From NCBI RefSeq assembly GCF_006345805.1, contig NC_043019.1, positions 3,100,001 to 3,164,000 of the forward strand: DNA of 64,000 nt, read 5' to 3'. The notes below the pieces were generated by a model that saw nothing but the letters and a program-made list of their open reading frames with translations, was not told the origin of the DNA and searched no databases. The stretch comes from Octopus sinensis. Taxonomy: Eukaryota. The number at the start of each line of letters is the position of its first letter. Within the stretch, counting starts at the first letter, position 1. Shown piece by piece: positions 26,301-41,300 of this stretch. The position numbers and the translations under genes are program-made.

Positions 26301-29300
26301 CTTCTTGGACACTAGTTGATGAGTCCAAAATGAAGATGATGTCAGATTCTGTAGCACCACAATCACCTGGAAACATTAGGATAACTTATCACCTATCCAG
26401 TAATACACGGCCAACACATATATCTACAATACTATTTCAAAACTATTTCAATGACGCAAAGTTACAATTTACACTACATGCACTTATGCACAAAAACAGT
26501 TCCGAAAATACAAACATCTGAAAACTCACAAAACAAAACAAGATATTTCATAACAACTACCTCAAAACTGGTTCACAACAGAGTATCAACAATTGAAGAC
26601 GAAACATGACTGGAACTATTAGAACAACAACAAACAAATGTTATCACATACACTTCAACCGAAACGATGTCGAATCCTGCAGCGACAGTGTTGCATGGAA
26701 AATCGCGTTCCATATTGACAAAAGAAAACAAAAGAACACTCAAAGAAATTGAAAGAAATTGCAGGCATTCAACATCTAACATTCACTGGAACAAGCATCC
26801 GAACATTCGTTTGAAATTTCCATATTAGACAACTTGCGAAAACACTGAACGAGAAATACAAAACTCACATATATAGCAAAGACAATTGTCTAAAAATCAA
26901 TACACATATAGACAAAAGCACTGAGTTTCTCTGATAACCAACATAATTCTCGGCAATAACAATAACCTATAACATGTAAACATGTACGCCCACCAACAAC
27001 ATGAACACATACAAATCTACAACACTCTATTAACAAAGAATATGTTGAGCAGTACAAGAGCCTTACCCTTTGTTGGTAATGTAATGGCAGGTGCTGGAGT
27101 TTTCTCCGCAACTGCGAGAAATAAGATTAACATTTACTGTTCCATGTACAAACATCTGTTGTCAAGTCTTCTTTCTACACACACACACACAAACAATACA
27201 CTTTACTCCACATTACTATCTTCTCTCAATGAATAGTGAGAATCACTGCTTGTAATAATTCTCTGAATGAAAACATATGGAAAATCTATACAACAATTCA
27301 CACCTACTATCTTTATGTAGAAAGTAAATCCTTACTGGTTGTACATTGGCTATTAAAATCTTTGCTACACATTGATATCAAACGTGATGAGAATAAGATG
27401 GATGTCAGCATATACGTTTACTAAAAGGCAATAAAGGCTTTCTTAATGTCTCACCTCTCTTTGTCGTCATCTCAATTATAGGTGGCTGTCTAGTAGGTTC
27501 TGGTTGCCCTCCTTCCAAGGAAAAATAATCACAAAACTTAGTAATACTCCCATATATATCTATATTGAATGCAAGTGTAATGCTCTCTCACACTCCAACT
27601 ATCAAGCACACACCTGTACATGAGTTTATCTATCTGACAATGAATCACTCACCCCACATTTGCACGTAAATAGAAGCATACTTATCTAGACGTAAATACA
27701 CGTAAAAAAATGCACTTCAGCATATTGGAAAACATATGTATGCACATGCACATGTACATATATCTATACAGATATACGCCAATATACTGACAAGATATGT
27801 ACACATGTGAGTACATGCATACCAACACTGCAAATTATATATATATCTAGCTAGCCATTCATATATATATATGGATGTATGTATCTTTGTATTCATGTAT
27901 AAACGTAGAGAAAACATATATATTACACGATAGGTATACAACAAGTTGCCTGTATAGGAAATAATGCATTACGCCACACTTTCTCAGACTACATGCGTTG
28001 TCAGATTGAATTAAGCTTTTCACAAATACATAAACTATGTACGAAATACACATCTCTTGAAAGTAGAGTAGGTTCTTGAAAATAACGCAATACAATATTC
28101 ATTATCTCAAATTATATGAATGAAATGTTAGAGTCTTTTCAAAACTATACAAGGAATATTATATGTTAGATAAGAAGAAATTGGTAAGATTTCAGTCGTT
28201 AAGTTTAATCATTAGAAAATCATTGTAATTATGTCAAGTGTAGTTAAAATATATTAGGAAGGGCAATATGATTTAGATGTAGTAAAAATATGAACTGTAT
28301 ATCACATTTGAAAGAAATAAGAATATTGAGGAAGGAGAAGCAAATACCAACAGCATTAGTACATTAACAGCATTATTTTCATAAAGACACAAAGAAATGT
28401 TGTTTATCTAGTAACATATGGGTATATTAGTAAGAGAGATTCGGAAGGAAACTTCCTACTCGATTATCACCATTTATAAAACATGTTATTTACTTATTCA
28501 TAATTACTTCCACTTAACACAGCAATATCAAACATACAATCTCTCCATTAAGGGTGTGAGTCGTTGGAAATGAAGATAGACAACAGAAGGCAACGAAAGG
28601 TATGTTGCGTAAAACAATTCACATTACGAGAGATTGTTAGCGTCGTTAGAAACGTCAATGGTAAATACTTGCACAAAACGTTAACTAAAGCTCAGACTTG
28701 AAAGTAACACAGTAGGAGATGGTGTTAAATATATCTTTGTAGAATAGCTGAGATTATATCATTGATTAGTAATGCTTTACAATACAACTTCGTTTTGTAA
28801 TCACATGCTAATTGCTATACCTGGGCAATATTGCTCAAATATTCTTTCTTTCAGATTCGACAGTTCGTTGAAGTCAGTCACAATAAACATGTTTTCGTCA
28901 ACAGGTAATGAGGAAATCTGGCTCAATTCTGTAGTGTCACTGAGACCAATACCAATAGCATATATGTGGATGCCATCCTCTCTCACTTTCTTTGCTTCTG
29001 GAATAGTGTCGTAAGCATTGACGTTCGATACGCCGTCGGTGAGCAGAATGGCAATATTGGGAACGGACGGCCTGTCACCATTCTCTGTCGTGAACATTAC
29101 TGTCCGCATGGTGTTAAGCCCGCCGTAAGTGTTTGTACTGCCGTAAACATATGGAATTTGGAGGACTGCATCGATTACTTCTTGCTTTGTTTGGAAAGCA
29201 TTCAAATGGAATTGGATTTTCACGTCTGAACTGTAAAGGACTGCACCGATTCGAACATTGCCATTGTCAATGGAAGCAGCAGACACAAAATCAACAATGA

Positions 29301-32300
29301 AATTTAGCATTTTCTTGAAGTTTTCTTCTTGGACACTAGTTGATGAGTCCAAAATGAAGATGATGTCAGATTCTGTAGCACCACAATCACCTGGAGAACA
29401 TTAGGATAACTTATCACCTATCCAGTAATACACGGCCAACACATATATCTACAATACTATTTCAAAACTTTTTCAATGACGCAAAGTTACAATTTTACAC
29501 TACATGTACTTATGCACAAAAACAGTTCCGAAAATACAAACATCTGAAAACTCACAAAACAAAACAAGATATTTCATCACAACTACCTCAAAACTGGTTC
29601 ACAACAGAGTATCAACAATTGAAGACGAAACATGACAGGAACTACAGAACAACAACAAACAAATGTTATCACATACACTTTAACCGAAACGATGTCGACA
29701 CATGCAGCGACAGTGTTGCATGGAAAATCGCGTTCCATATTGACAAAAGAAAACAAAAGAACACTCAATTATATACGAAGAAATTGCAGGCATTCAACAT
29801 CTAACATTCACTGGAACAAGCATCCGAACATTCGTTTCAAATTTCCATATTAGACAACTTGCGAAAACACTGAACGAGAAATACAAAACTCACATATATA
29901 GCAAAGACAAATGTCTAAAAATCAATACACATATAGACAAAAGCACTGAGTTTCTCTGATAACCAACATAATTCTCATCAATAACAATACCCTATAACAT
30001 GTAAACGTGTACGCCCACCAACAACATGAACACATACAAATCTACAACACTCTATTAACAAAGAATATGTTGAGCAGTACGAGAGCCTTACCCTTTGTTG
30101 GTAATGTAATGGCAGGTGCGGAGTTTTCTCCACAACTGCGAGAAATAAATTAACATTTACTGTTCCATGTACAAACATCTGTTGTCAAGTCTTCTTTCTA
30201 CACACACACACAAACAATACACTTTACTCCACATTACTATCTTCTCTCAATGAATAGTGAGAATCACTGCTTGTAATAATTCTCTGAATGAAAACATATG
30301 GAAAATCTATACAACAATTCACACCTACTATCTTTATGTAGAAAGTAAATCCTTACTGGTTGTACATTGGCTATTAAAATCTTTGCTACACATTGATATC
30401 AAACGTGATGAGAATAAGATGGATGTCAGCATATACGTTTACTAAAAGGCAATAAAGGCTTTCTTAATGTCTCACCTCTCTTTGTCGTCATCTCAATTAT
30501 AGGTGGCTGTCTAGTAGGTTCTGGTTGCCCTCCTTCCAAGGAAAAATAATCACAAAACTTAGTAATACTCCCATATATATCTATATTGAATGCAAGTGTA
30601 ATGCTCTCTCACACTCCAACTATCAAGCACACACCTGTACATGAGTTTATCTATCTGACAATGAATCACTCACCCCACATTTGCACGTAAATAGAAGCAT
30701 ACTTATCTAGACGTAAATACACGTAAAAAAATGCACTTCAGCATATTGGAAAACATATGTATGCACATGCACATATATCTATACAGATATACGCCAATAT
30801 ACTGACAAGATATGTACACATGTGAGTACATGCATACCAACACTGCAAATTATATATATATCTAGCTAGCCATTCATATATATATATGGATGTATGTATC
30901 TTTGTATTCATGTATAAACGTAGAGAAAACATATATATTACACGATAGGTATACAACAAGTTGCCTGTATAGGAAATAATGCATTACGCCACACTTTCTC
31001 AGACTACATGCGTTGTCAGATTGAATTAAGCTTTTCACAAATACATAAACTATGTACGAAATACACATCTCTTGAAAGTAGAGTAGGTTCTTGAAAATAA
31101 CGCAATACAATATTCATTATCTCAAATTATATGAATGAAATGTTAGAGTCTTTTCAAAACTATACAAGGAATATTATATGTTAGATAAGAAGAAATTGGT
31201 AAGATTTCAGTCGTTAAGTTTAATCATTAGAAAAATCATTGTAATTATGTCAAGTGTAGTTAAAATATATTAGGAAGGGCAATAGGATTTAGATGTAGTA
31301 AAAATATGAACTGTATATCACATTTGAAAGAAATAAGAATATTGAGGAAGGAGAAGCAAATACCAACAGCATTAGTACATTAACAGCATTATTTTCATAA
31401 AGACACAAAGAAATGTTGTTTATCTAGTAACATATGGGTATATTAGTAAGAGAGATTCGGAAGGAAACTTCCTACTCGATTATCACCATTTATAAAACAT
31501 GTTATTTACTTATTCATAATTACTTCCACTTAACACAGCAATATCAAACATACAATCTCTCCATTAAGGGTGTGAGTCGTTGGAAATGAAGATAGACAAC
31601 AGAAGGCAACGAAAGGTATGTTGCGAAAAACAATTCACATTACGAGAGATTGTTAGCGTCGTTAGAAACGTCAATGGTAAATACTTGCACAAAACGTTAA
31701 CTAAAGCTCAGACTTGAAAGTAACACAGTAGGAGATGGTGTTAAATATATCTTTGTAGAATAGCTGAGATTATATCATTGATTAGTAATGCTTTACAATA
31801 CAACTTCGTTTTGTAATCACATGCTAATTGCTATACCTGGGCAATATTGCTCAAATATTTTTTCTTTCAGATTCGACAGTTCGTTGAAGTCAGTCACAAT
31901 AAACATGTTTTCGTCAACAGGTAATGAGGAAATCTGGCTCAATTCTGTAGTGTCACTGAGACCAATACCAATAGCATATATGTGGATGCCATCCTCTCTC
32001 ACTTTCTTTGCTTCTGGAATAGTGTCGTAAGCATTGACGTTCGATACGCCGTCGGTGAGCAGAATGGCAATATTGGGAACGGACGGCCTGTCACCATTCT
32101 CTGTCGTGAACATTACTGTCCGCATGGTGTTAAGCCCGCCGTAAGTGTTTGTACTGCCGTAAACATATGGAATTTGGAGGACTGCATCGATTACTTCTTG
32201 CTTTGTTTGGAAAGCATTCAAATGGAATTGGATTTTCACGTCTGAACTGTAAAGGACTGCACCGATTCGAACATTGCCATTGTCAATGGAAGCAGCAGAC

Positions 32301-35300
32301 ACAAAATCAACAATGAAATTTAGCATTTTCTTGAAGTTTTCTTCTTGGACACTAGTTGATGAGTCCAAAATGAAGATGATGTCAGATTCTGTAGCACCAC
32401 AATCACCTGGAGAACATTAGGATAACTTATCACCTATCCAGTAATACACGGCCAACACATATATCTACAATACTATTTCAAAACTTTTTCAATGACGCAA
32501 AGTTACAATTTTACACTACATGTACTTATGCACAAAAACAGTTCCGAAAATACAAACATCTGAAAACTCACAAAACAAAACAAGATATTTCATCACAACT
32601 ACCTCAAAACTGGTTCACAACAGAGTATCAACAATTGAAGACGAAACATGACAGGAACTACCAGAACAACAACAAACAAATGTTATCACATACACTTTAA
32701 CCGAAACGATGTCGACACATGCAGCGACAGTGTTGCATGGAAAATCGCGTTCCATATTGACAAAAGAAAACAAAAGAACACTCAATTATATACGAAGAAA
32801 TTGCAGGCATTCAACATCTAACATTCACTGGAAGAAGCATCCGAACATTCGTTTCAAATTTCCATATTAGACAACTTGCGAAAACACTGAACGAGAAATA
32901 CAAAACTCACATATATAGCAAAGACAATTGTCTAAAAATCAATACACATATAGACAAAAGCACTGAGTTTCTCTGATAACCAACATAATTCTCGGCAATA
33001 ACAATACCCTATAACATGTAAACGTGTACGCCCACCAACAACATGAACACATACAAATCTACAACACTCTATTAACAAAGAATATGTTGAGCAGTACGAG
33101 AGCCTTACCCTTTGTTGGTAATGTAATGGCAGGTGCTGGAGTTTTCTCCACAACTGCGAGAAATAAAATTAACATTTACTGTTCCATGTACAAACATCTG
33201 TTGTCAAGTCTTCTTTCTACACACACACACAAACAATACACTTTACTCCACATTACTATCTTCTCTCAATGAATAGTGAGAATCACTGCTTGTAATAATT
33301 CTCTGAATGAAAACATATGGAAAATCTATACAACAATTCACACCTACTATCTTTATGTAGAAAGTAAATCCTTACTGGTTGTACATTGGCTATTAAAATC
33401 TTTGCTACACATTGATATCAAACGTGATGAGAATAAGATGGATGTCAGCATATACGTTTACTAAAAGGCAATAAAGGCTTTCTTAATGTCTCACCTCTCT
33501 TTGTCGTCATCTCAATTATAGGTGGCTGTCTAGTAGGTTCTGGTTGCCCTCCTTCCAAGGAAAAATAATCACAAAACTTAGTAATACTCCCATATATATC
33601 TATATTGAATGCAAGTGTAATGCTCTCTCACACTCCAACTATCAAGCACACACCTGTACATGAGTTTATCTATCTGACAATGAATCACTCACCCCACATT
33701 TGCACGTAAATAGAAGCATACTTATCTAGACGTAAATACACGTAAAAAATGCATTTCAGCATATTGGAAAACATATGTATGCACATGCACATATATCTAT
33801 ACAGATATACGCCAATATACTGACAAGATATATACACATGTGAGTACATGCATACCAACACTGCAAATTATATATATATCTAGCTAGCCATTCATATATA
33901 TATATGGATGTATGTATCTTTGTATTCATGTATAAACGTAGAGAAAACATATATATTACACGATAGGTATACAACAAGTTGCCTGTATAGGAAATAATGC
34001 ATTACGCCACACTTTCTCAGACTACATGCGTTGTCAGATTGAATTAAGCTTTTCACAAATACATAAACTATGTACGAAATACACATCTCTTGAAAGTAGA
34101 GTAGGTTCTTGAAAATAACGCAATACAATATTCATTATGTCAAATTATATGAATGAAATGTTAGAGTCTTTTCAAAACTATACAAGGAATATTATATGTT
34201 AGATAAGAAGAAATTGGTAAGATTTCAGTCGTTAAGTTTAATCATTAGAAAAATCATTGCAATTATGTCAAGTGTAGTTAAAATATATTAGGAAGGGCAA
34301 TAGGATTTAGATGTAGTAAAAATATGAACTGTATATCACATTTGAAAGAAATAAGAATATTGAGGAAGGAGAAGCAAATACCAACAGCATTAGTACATTA
34401 ACAGCATTATTTTCATAAAGACACAAAGAAATGTTGTTTATCTAGTAACATATGGGTATATTAGTAAGAGAGATTCGGAAGGAAACTTCCTACTCGATTA
34501 TCACCATTTATAAAACATGTTATTTACTTATTCATAATTACTTCCACTTAACACAGCAATATCAAACATACAATCTCTCCATTAAGGGTGTGAGTCGTTG
34601 GAAATGAAGATAGACAACAGAAGGCAACGAAAGGTATGTTGCGAAAAACAATTCACATTACGAGAGATTGTTAGCGTCGTTAGAAACGTCAATGGTAAAT
34701 ACTTGCACAAAACGTTAACTAAAGCTCAGACTTGAAAGTAACACAGTAGGAGATGGTGTTAAATATATCTTTGTAGAATAGCTGAGATTATATCATTGAT
34801 TAGTAATGCTTTACAATACAACTTCGTTTTGTAATCACATGCTAATTGCTATACCTGGGCAATATTGCTCAAATATTTTTTCTTTCAGATTCGACAGTTC
34901 GTTGAAGTCAGTCACAATAAACATGTTTTCGTCAACAGGTAATGAGGAAATCTGGCTCAATTCTGTAGTGTCACTGAGACCAATACCAATAGCATATATG
35001 TGGATGCCATCCTCTCTCACTTTCTTTGCTTCTGGAATAGTGTCGTAAGCATTGACGTTCGATACGCCGTCGGTGAGCAGAATGGCAATATTGGGAACGG
35101 ACGGCCTGTCACCATTCTCTGTCGTGAACATTACTGTCCGCATGGTGTTAAGCCCGCCGTAAGTGTTTGTACTGCCGTAAACATATGGAATTTGGAGGAC
35201 TGCATCGATTACTTCTTGCTTTGTTTGGAAAGCATTCAAATGGAATTGGATTTTCACGTCTGAACTGTAAAGGACTGCACCGATTCGAACATTGCCATTG

Positions 35301-38300
35301 TCAATGGAAGCAGCAGACACAAAATCAACAATGAAATTTAGCATTTTCTTGAAGTTTTCTTCTTGGACACTAGTTGATGAGTCCAAAATGAAGATGATGT
35401 CAGATTCTGTAGCACCACAATCACCTGGAGAACATTAGGATAACTTATCACCTATCCAGTAATACACGGCCAACACATATATCTACAATACTATTTCAAA
35501 ACTTTTTCAATGACGCAAAGTTACAATTTTACACTACATGTACTTATGCACAAAAACAGTTCCGAAAATACAAACATCTGAAAACTCACAAAACAAAACA
35601 AGATATTTCATCACAACTACCTCAAAACTGGTTCACAACAGAGTATCAACAATTGAAGACGAAACATGACAGGAACTACCAGAACAACAACAAACAAATG
35701 TTATCACATACACTTTAACCGAAACGATGTCGAACCTGCAGCGACAGTGTTGCATGGAAAATCGCGTTCCATATTGACAAAAGAAAACAAAAGAACACTC
35801 AATTATATACAAAGAAATTGCAGGCATTCAACATCTAACATTCACTGGAACAAGCATCCGAACATTCGTTTCAAATTTCCATATTAGACAACTTGCGAAA
35901 ACACTGAACGAGAAATACAAAACTCACATATATAGCAAAGACAAATGTCTAAAAATCAATACACATATAGACAAAAGCACTGAGTTTCTCTGATAACCAA
36001 CATAATTCTCGGCAATAACAATAACCTATAACATGTAAACGTGTACGCCCACCAACAACATGAACACATACAAATCTACAACACTCTATTAACAAAGAAT
36101 ATGTTGAGCAGTACGAGAGCCTTACCCTTTGTTGGTAATGTAATGGCAGGTGCCGGAGTTTTCTCCACAACTGCGAGAAACAAAATTAACATTTACTGTT
36201 CCATGTACAAACATCTGTTGTCAAGTCTTCTTTCTACACACACACACAAACAATACACTTTACTCCACATTACTATCTTCTCTCAATGAATAGTGAGAAT
36301 CACTGCTTGTAATAATTCTCTGAATGAAAACATATGGAAAATCTATACAACAATTCACACCTACTATCTTTATGTAGAAAGTAAATCCTTACTGGTTGTA
36401 CATTGGCTATTAAAATCTTTGCTACACATTGATATCAAACGTGATGAGAATAAGATGGATGTCAGCATATACGTTTACTAAAAGGCAATAAAGGCTTTCT
36501 TAATGTCTCACCTCTCTTTGTCGTCATCTCAATTATAGGTGGCTGTCTAGTAGGTTCTGGTTGCCCTCCTTCCAAGGAAAAATAATCACAAAACTTAGTA
36601 ATACTCCCATATATATCTATATTGAATGCAAGTGTAATGCTCTCTCACACTCCAACTATCAAGCACACACCTGTACATGAGTTTATCTATCTGACAATGA
36701 ATCACTCACCCCACATTTGCACGTAAATAGAAGCATACTTATCTAGACGTAAATACACGTAAAAAAATGCAATTCAGCATATTGGAAAATGTATGTATGC
36801 ACATGCACATGTACATATATCTATACAGATATACGCCAATATACTGACAAGATATATACACATGTGAGTACATGCATACCAACACTGCAAATTATATATA
36901 TATCTATCTAGCTATTTATATATATATGGATGTATGTATCTTTGTATTCATGTATAAATGTAGAGAAAACATATATGTTACACGATAGGTATACAACAAG
37001 TTGCCTGTATAGGAAATAATGCATTACGCCACACTTTCTCAGACTACATGCGTTGTCAGATTGAATTAAGCTTTTCACAAATACATAAACTATGTACGAA
37101 ATACACATCTCTTGAAAGTAGAGTAGGTTCTTGAAAATAACGCAATACAATATTCATTATCTCAAATTATATGAATGAAATGTTAGAGTCTTTTCAAAAC
37201 TATACAAGGAATATTATATGTTAGATAAGAAGAAATTGGTAAGATTTCAGTCGTTAAGTTTAATCAACGTCATTAGTAGTGGAAACAAAACTAATTTCAA
37301 AGTATATAAATTAAGATAGGAGCTGGTACATATCAACTTAAACGCTTATAATTAGTAAACGTATTATTGTAGACCATTGCAAGTGGATTTTCTATAATAT
37401 CCTGAAGTTCTACAAGCTTTCATCCAGTAATCAATGTTACATTCGACAACACAATTATAAACATTAGAAAAATCATTGTAATTATGTCAAGTGTAGTTAA
37501 AATATATTAGGAAGGGCAATATGATTTAGATGTAGTAAAAACATGAACTGTATATCACATTTGAAAGAAATAAGAATATTGAGGAAGGAGAAGCAAATAC
37601 CAACAGCATTAGTACATTAACAGCATTATTTTCATAAAGACACAAAGAAATGTTGTTTATCTAGTAACATATGGGTATATTAGTAAGAGAGATTCGGAAG
37701 GAAACTTCCTACTCGATTATCACCATTTATAAAACATGTTATTTACTTATTCATAATTACTTCCACTTAACACAGCAATATCAAACATACAATCTTTCCA
37801 TTAAGGGTGTGAGTCGTTGGAAATGAAGATAGACAACAGAAGGCAACAAAAGGTATGTTGCTAAAAACAATTCACATTACGAGAGATTGTTAGTGTCGTT
37901 AGAAACGTCAATGGTAAATACTTGCACAAAACGTTAACTGAAGCTCAGACTTGAAAGTAACACAGTAGGGGATGGTGTTAAATATATCTTTGTAGAATAG
38001 CTGAGATTATATCATTGATTAGTAATGCTTTACAATACAACTTCGTTTTGTAATCACATGCTAATTGCTATACCTGGGCAATATTGCTCAAATATTCTTT
38101 CTTTCAGATTCGACAGTTCGTTGAAGTCAGTCACAATAAACATTTTTCGTCAACAGGTAATGAGGAAATCTGGCTCAATTCTGTAGTGTCACTGAGACCA
38201 ATACCAATAGCATATATGTGGATGCCATCCTCTCTCACTTTCTTTGCTTCTGGAATAGTGTCGTAAGCATTGACGTTCGATACGCCGTCGGTGAGCAGAA

Positions 38301-41300
38301 TGGCAATATTGGGAACGGACGGCCTGTCACCATTCTCTGTCGTGAACATTACTGTCCGCATGGTGTTAAGCCCGCCGTAAGTGTTTGTACTGCCGTAAAC
38401 ATATGGAATTTGGAGGACTGCATCGATTACTTCTTGCTTTGTTTGGAAAGCATTCAAATGGAATTGGATTTTCACGTCTGAACTGTAAAGGACTGCACCG
38501 ATTCGAACATTGCCATTGTCAATGGAAGCAGCAGACACAAAATCAACAATGAAATTTAGCATTTTCTTGAAGTTTTCTTCTTGGACACTAGTTGATGAGT
38601 CCAAAATGAAGATGATGTCAGATTCTGTAGCACCACAATCACCTGGAGAACATTAGGATAACTTATCACCTATCCAGTAATACACGGCCAACACATATAT
38701 CTACAATACTATTTCAAAACTTTTTCAATGACGCAAAGTTACAATTTTACACTACATGTACTTATGCACAAAAACAGTTCCGAAAATACAAACATCTGAA
38801 AACTCACAAAACAAAACAAGATATTTCATCACAACTACCTCAAAACTGGTTCACAACAGAGTATCAACAATTGAAGACGAAACATGACAGGAACTATCAG
38901 AACAACAACAAACAAATGTTATCACATACACTTTAACCGAAACGATGTCGAATCCTGCAGCGACAGTGTTGCATGGAAAATCGCGTTCCATATTGACAAA
39001 AGAAAACAAAAGAACACTCAATTATATACAAAGAAATTGCAGGCATTCAACATCTAACATTCACTGGAACAAGCATCCGAACATTCGTTTCAAATTTCCA
39101 TATTAGACAACTTGCGAAAACACTGAACGAGAAATACAAAACTCACATATATAGCAAAGACAAATGTCTAAAAATCAATACACATATAGACAAAAGCACT
39201 GAGTTTCTCTGATAACCAACATAATTCTCGGCAATAACAATAACCTATAACATGTAAACGTGTACGCCCACCAACAACATGAACACATACAAATCTACAA
39301 CACTCTATTAACAAAGAATATGTTGAGCAGTACGAGAGCCTTACCCTTTGTTGGTAATGTAATGGCAGGTGCGGAGTTTTCTCCACAACTGCGAGAAAAA
39401 ATTAACATTTACTGTTCCATGTACAAACATCTGTTGTCAAGTCTTCTTTCTACACACACACACACACACAAACAATACACTTTACTCCACATTACTATCT
39501 TCTCTCAATGAATAGTGAGAATCACTGCTTGTAATAATTCTCTGAATGAAAACATATGGAAAATCTATACAACAATTCACACCTACTATCTTTATGTAGA
39601 AAGTAAATCCTTACTGGTTGTACATTGGCTATTAAAATCTTTGCTACACATTGATATCAAACGTGATGAGAATAAGATGGATGTCAGCATATACGTTTAC
39701 TAAAAGGCAATAAAGGGTTTCTTAATGTCTCACCTCTCTTTGTCGTCATCTCAATTATAGGTGGCTGTCTAGTAGGTTCTGGTTGCCCTCCTTCCAAGGA
39801 AAAATAATCACAAAACTTAGTAATACTCCCATATATATCTATATTGAATGCAAGTGTAATGCTCTCTCACACTCCAACTATCAAGCACACACCTGTACAT
39901 GAGTTTATCTATCTGACAATGAATCATCACCCCACATTTGCACGTAAATAGAAGCATACTTATCTAGACGTAAATACACGTAAAAAAATGCATTTCAGCA
40001 TATTGGAAAACATATGTATGCACATGCACATGTACATATATCTATACAGATATACGCCAATATACTGACAAGATATGTACACATGTGAGTACATGCATAC
40101 CAACACTGCAAATTATATATATATCTAGCTAGCCATTCATATATATATATGGATGTATGTATCTTTGTATTCATGTATAAACGTAGAGAAAACATATATA
40201 TTACACGATAGGTATACAACAAGTTGCCTGTATAGGAAATAATGCATTACGCCACACTTTCTCAGACTACATGCGTTGTCAGATTGAATTAAGCTTTTCA
40301 CAAATACATAAACTATGTACGAAATACACATCTCTTGAAAGTAGAGTAGGTTCTTGAAATAACGCAATACAATATTCATTATCTCAAATTATATGAATGA
40401 AATGTTAGAGTCTTTTCAAAACTATACAAGGAATATTATATGTTAGATAAGAAGAAATTGGTAAGATTTCAGTCGTTAAGTTTAATCATTAGAAAAATCA
40501 TTGTAATTATGTCAAGTGTAGTTAAAATATATTAGGAAGGGCAATATGATTTAGATGTAGTAAAAATATGAACTGTATATCACATTTGAAAGAAATAAGA
40601 ATATTGAGGAAGGAGAAGCAAATACCAACAGCATTAGTACATTAACAGCATTATTTTCATAAAGACACAAAGAAATGTTGTTTATCTAGTAACATATGGG
40701 TATATTAGTAAGAGAGATTCGGAAGGAAACTTCCTACTCGATTATCACCATTTATAAAACATGTTATTTACTTATTCATAATTACTTCCACTTAACACAG
40801 CAATATCAAACATACAATCTTTCCATTAAGGGTGTGAGTCGTTGGAAATGAAGATAGACAACAGAAGGCAACAAAAGGTATGTTGCGTAAAACAATTCAC
40901 ATTACGAGAGATTGTTAGCGTCGTTAGAAACGTCAATGGTAAATACTTGCACAAAACGTTAACTAAAGCTCAGACTTGAAAGTAACACAGTAGGAGATGG
41001 TGTTAAATATATCTTTGTAGAATAGCTGAGATTATATCATTGATTAGTAATGCTTTACAATACAACTTCGTTTTGTAATCACATGCTAATTGCTATACCT
41101 GGGCAATATTGCTCAAATATTCTTTCTTTCAGATTCGACAGTTCGTTGAAGTCAGTCACAATAAACATGTTTTCGTCAACAGGTAATGAGGAAATCTGGC
41201 TCAATTCTGTAGTGTCACTGAGACCAATACCAATAGCATATATGTGGATGCCATCCTCTCTCACTTTCTTTGCTTCTGGAATAGTGTCGTAAGCATTGAC

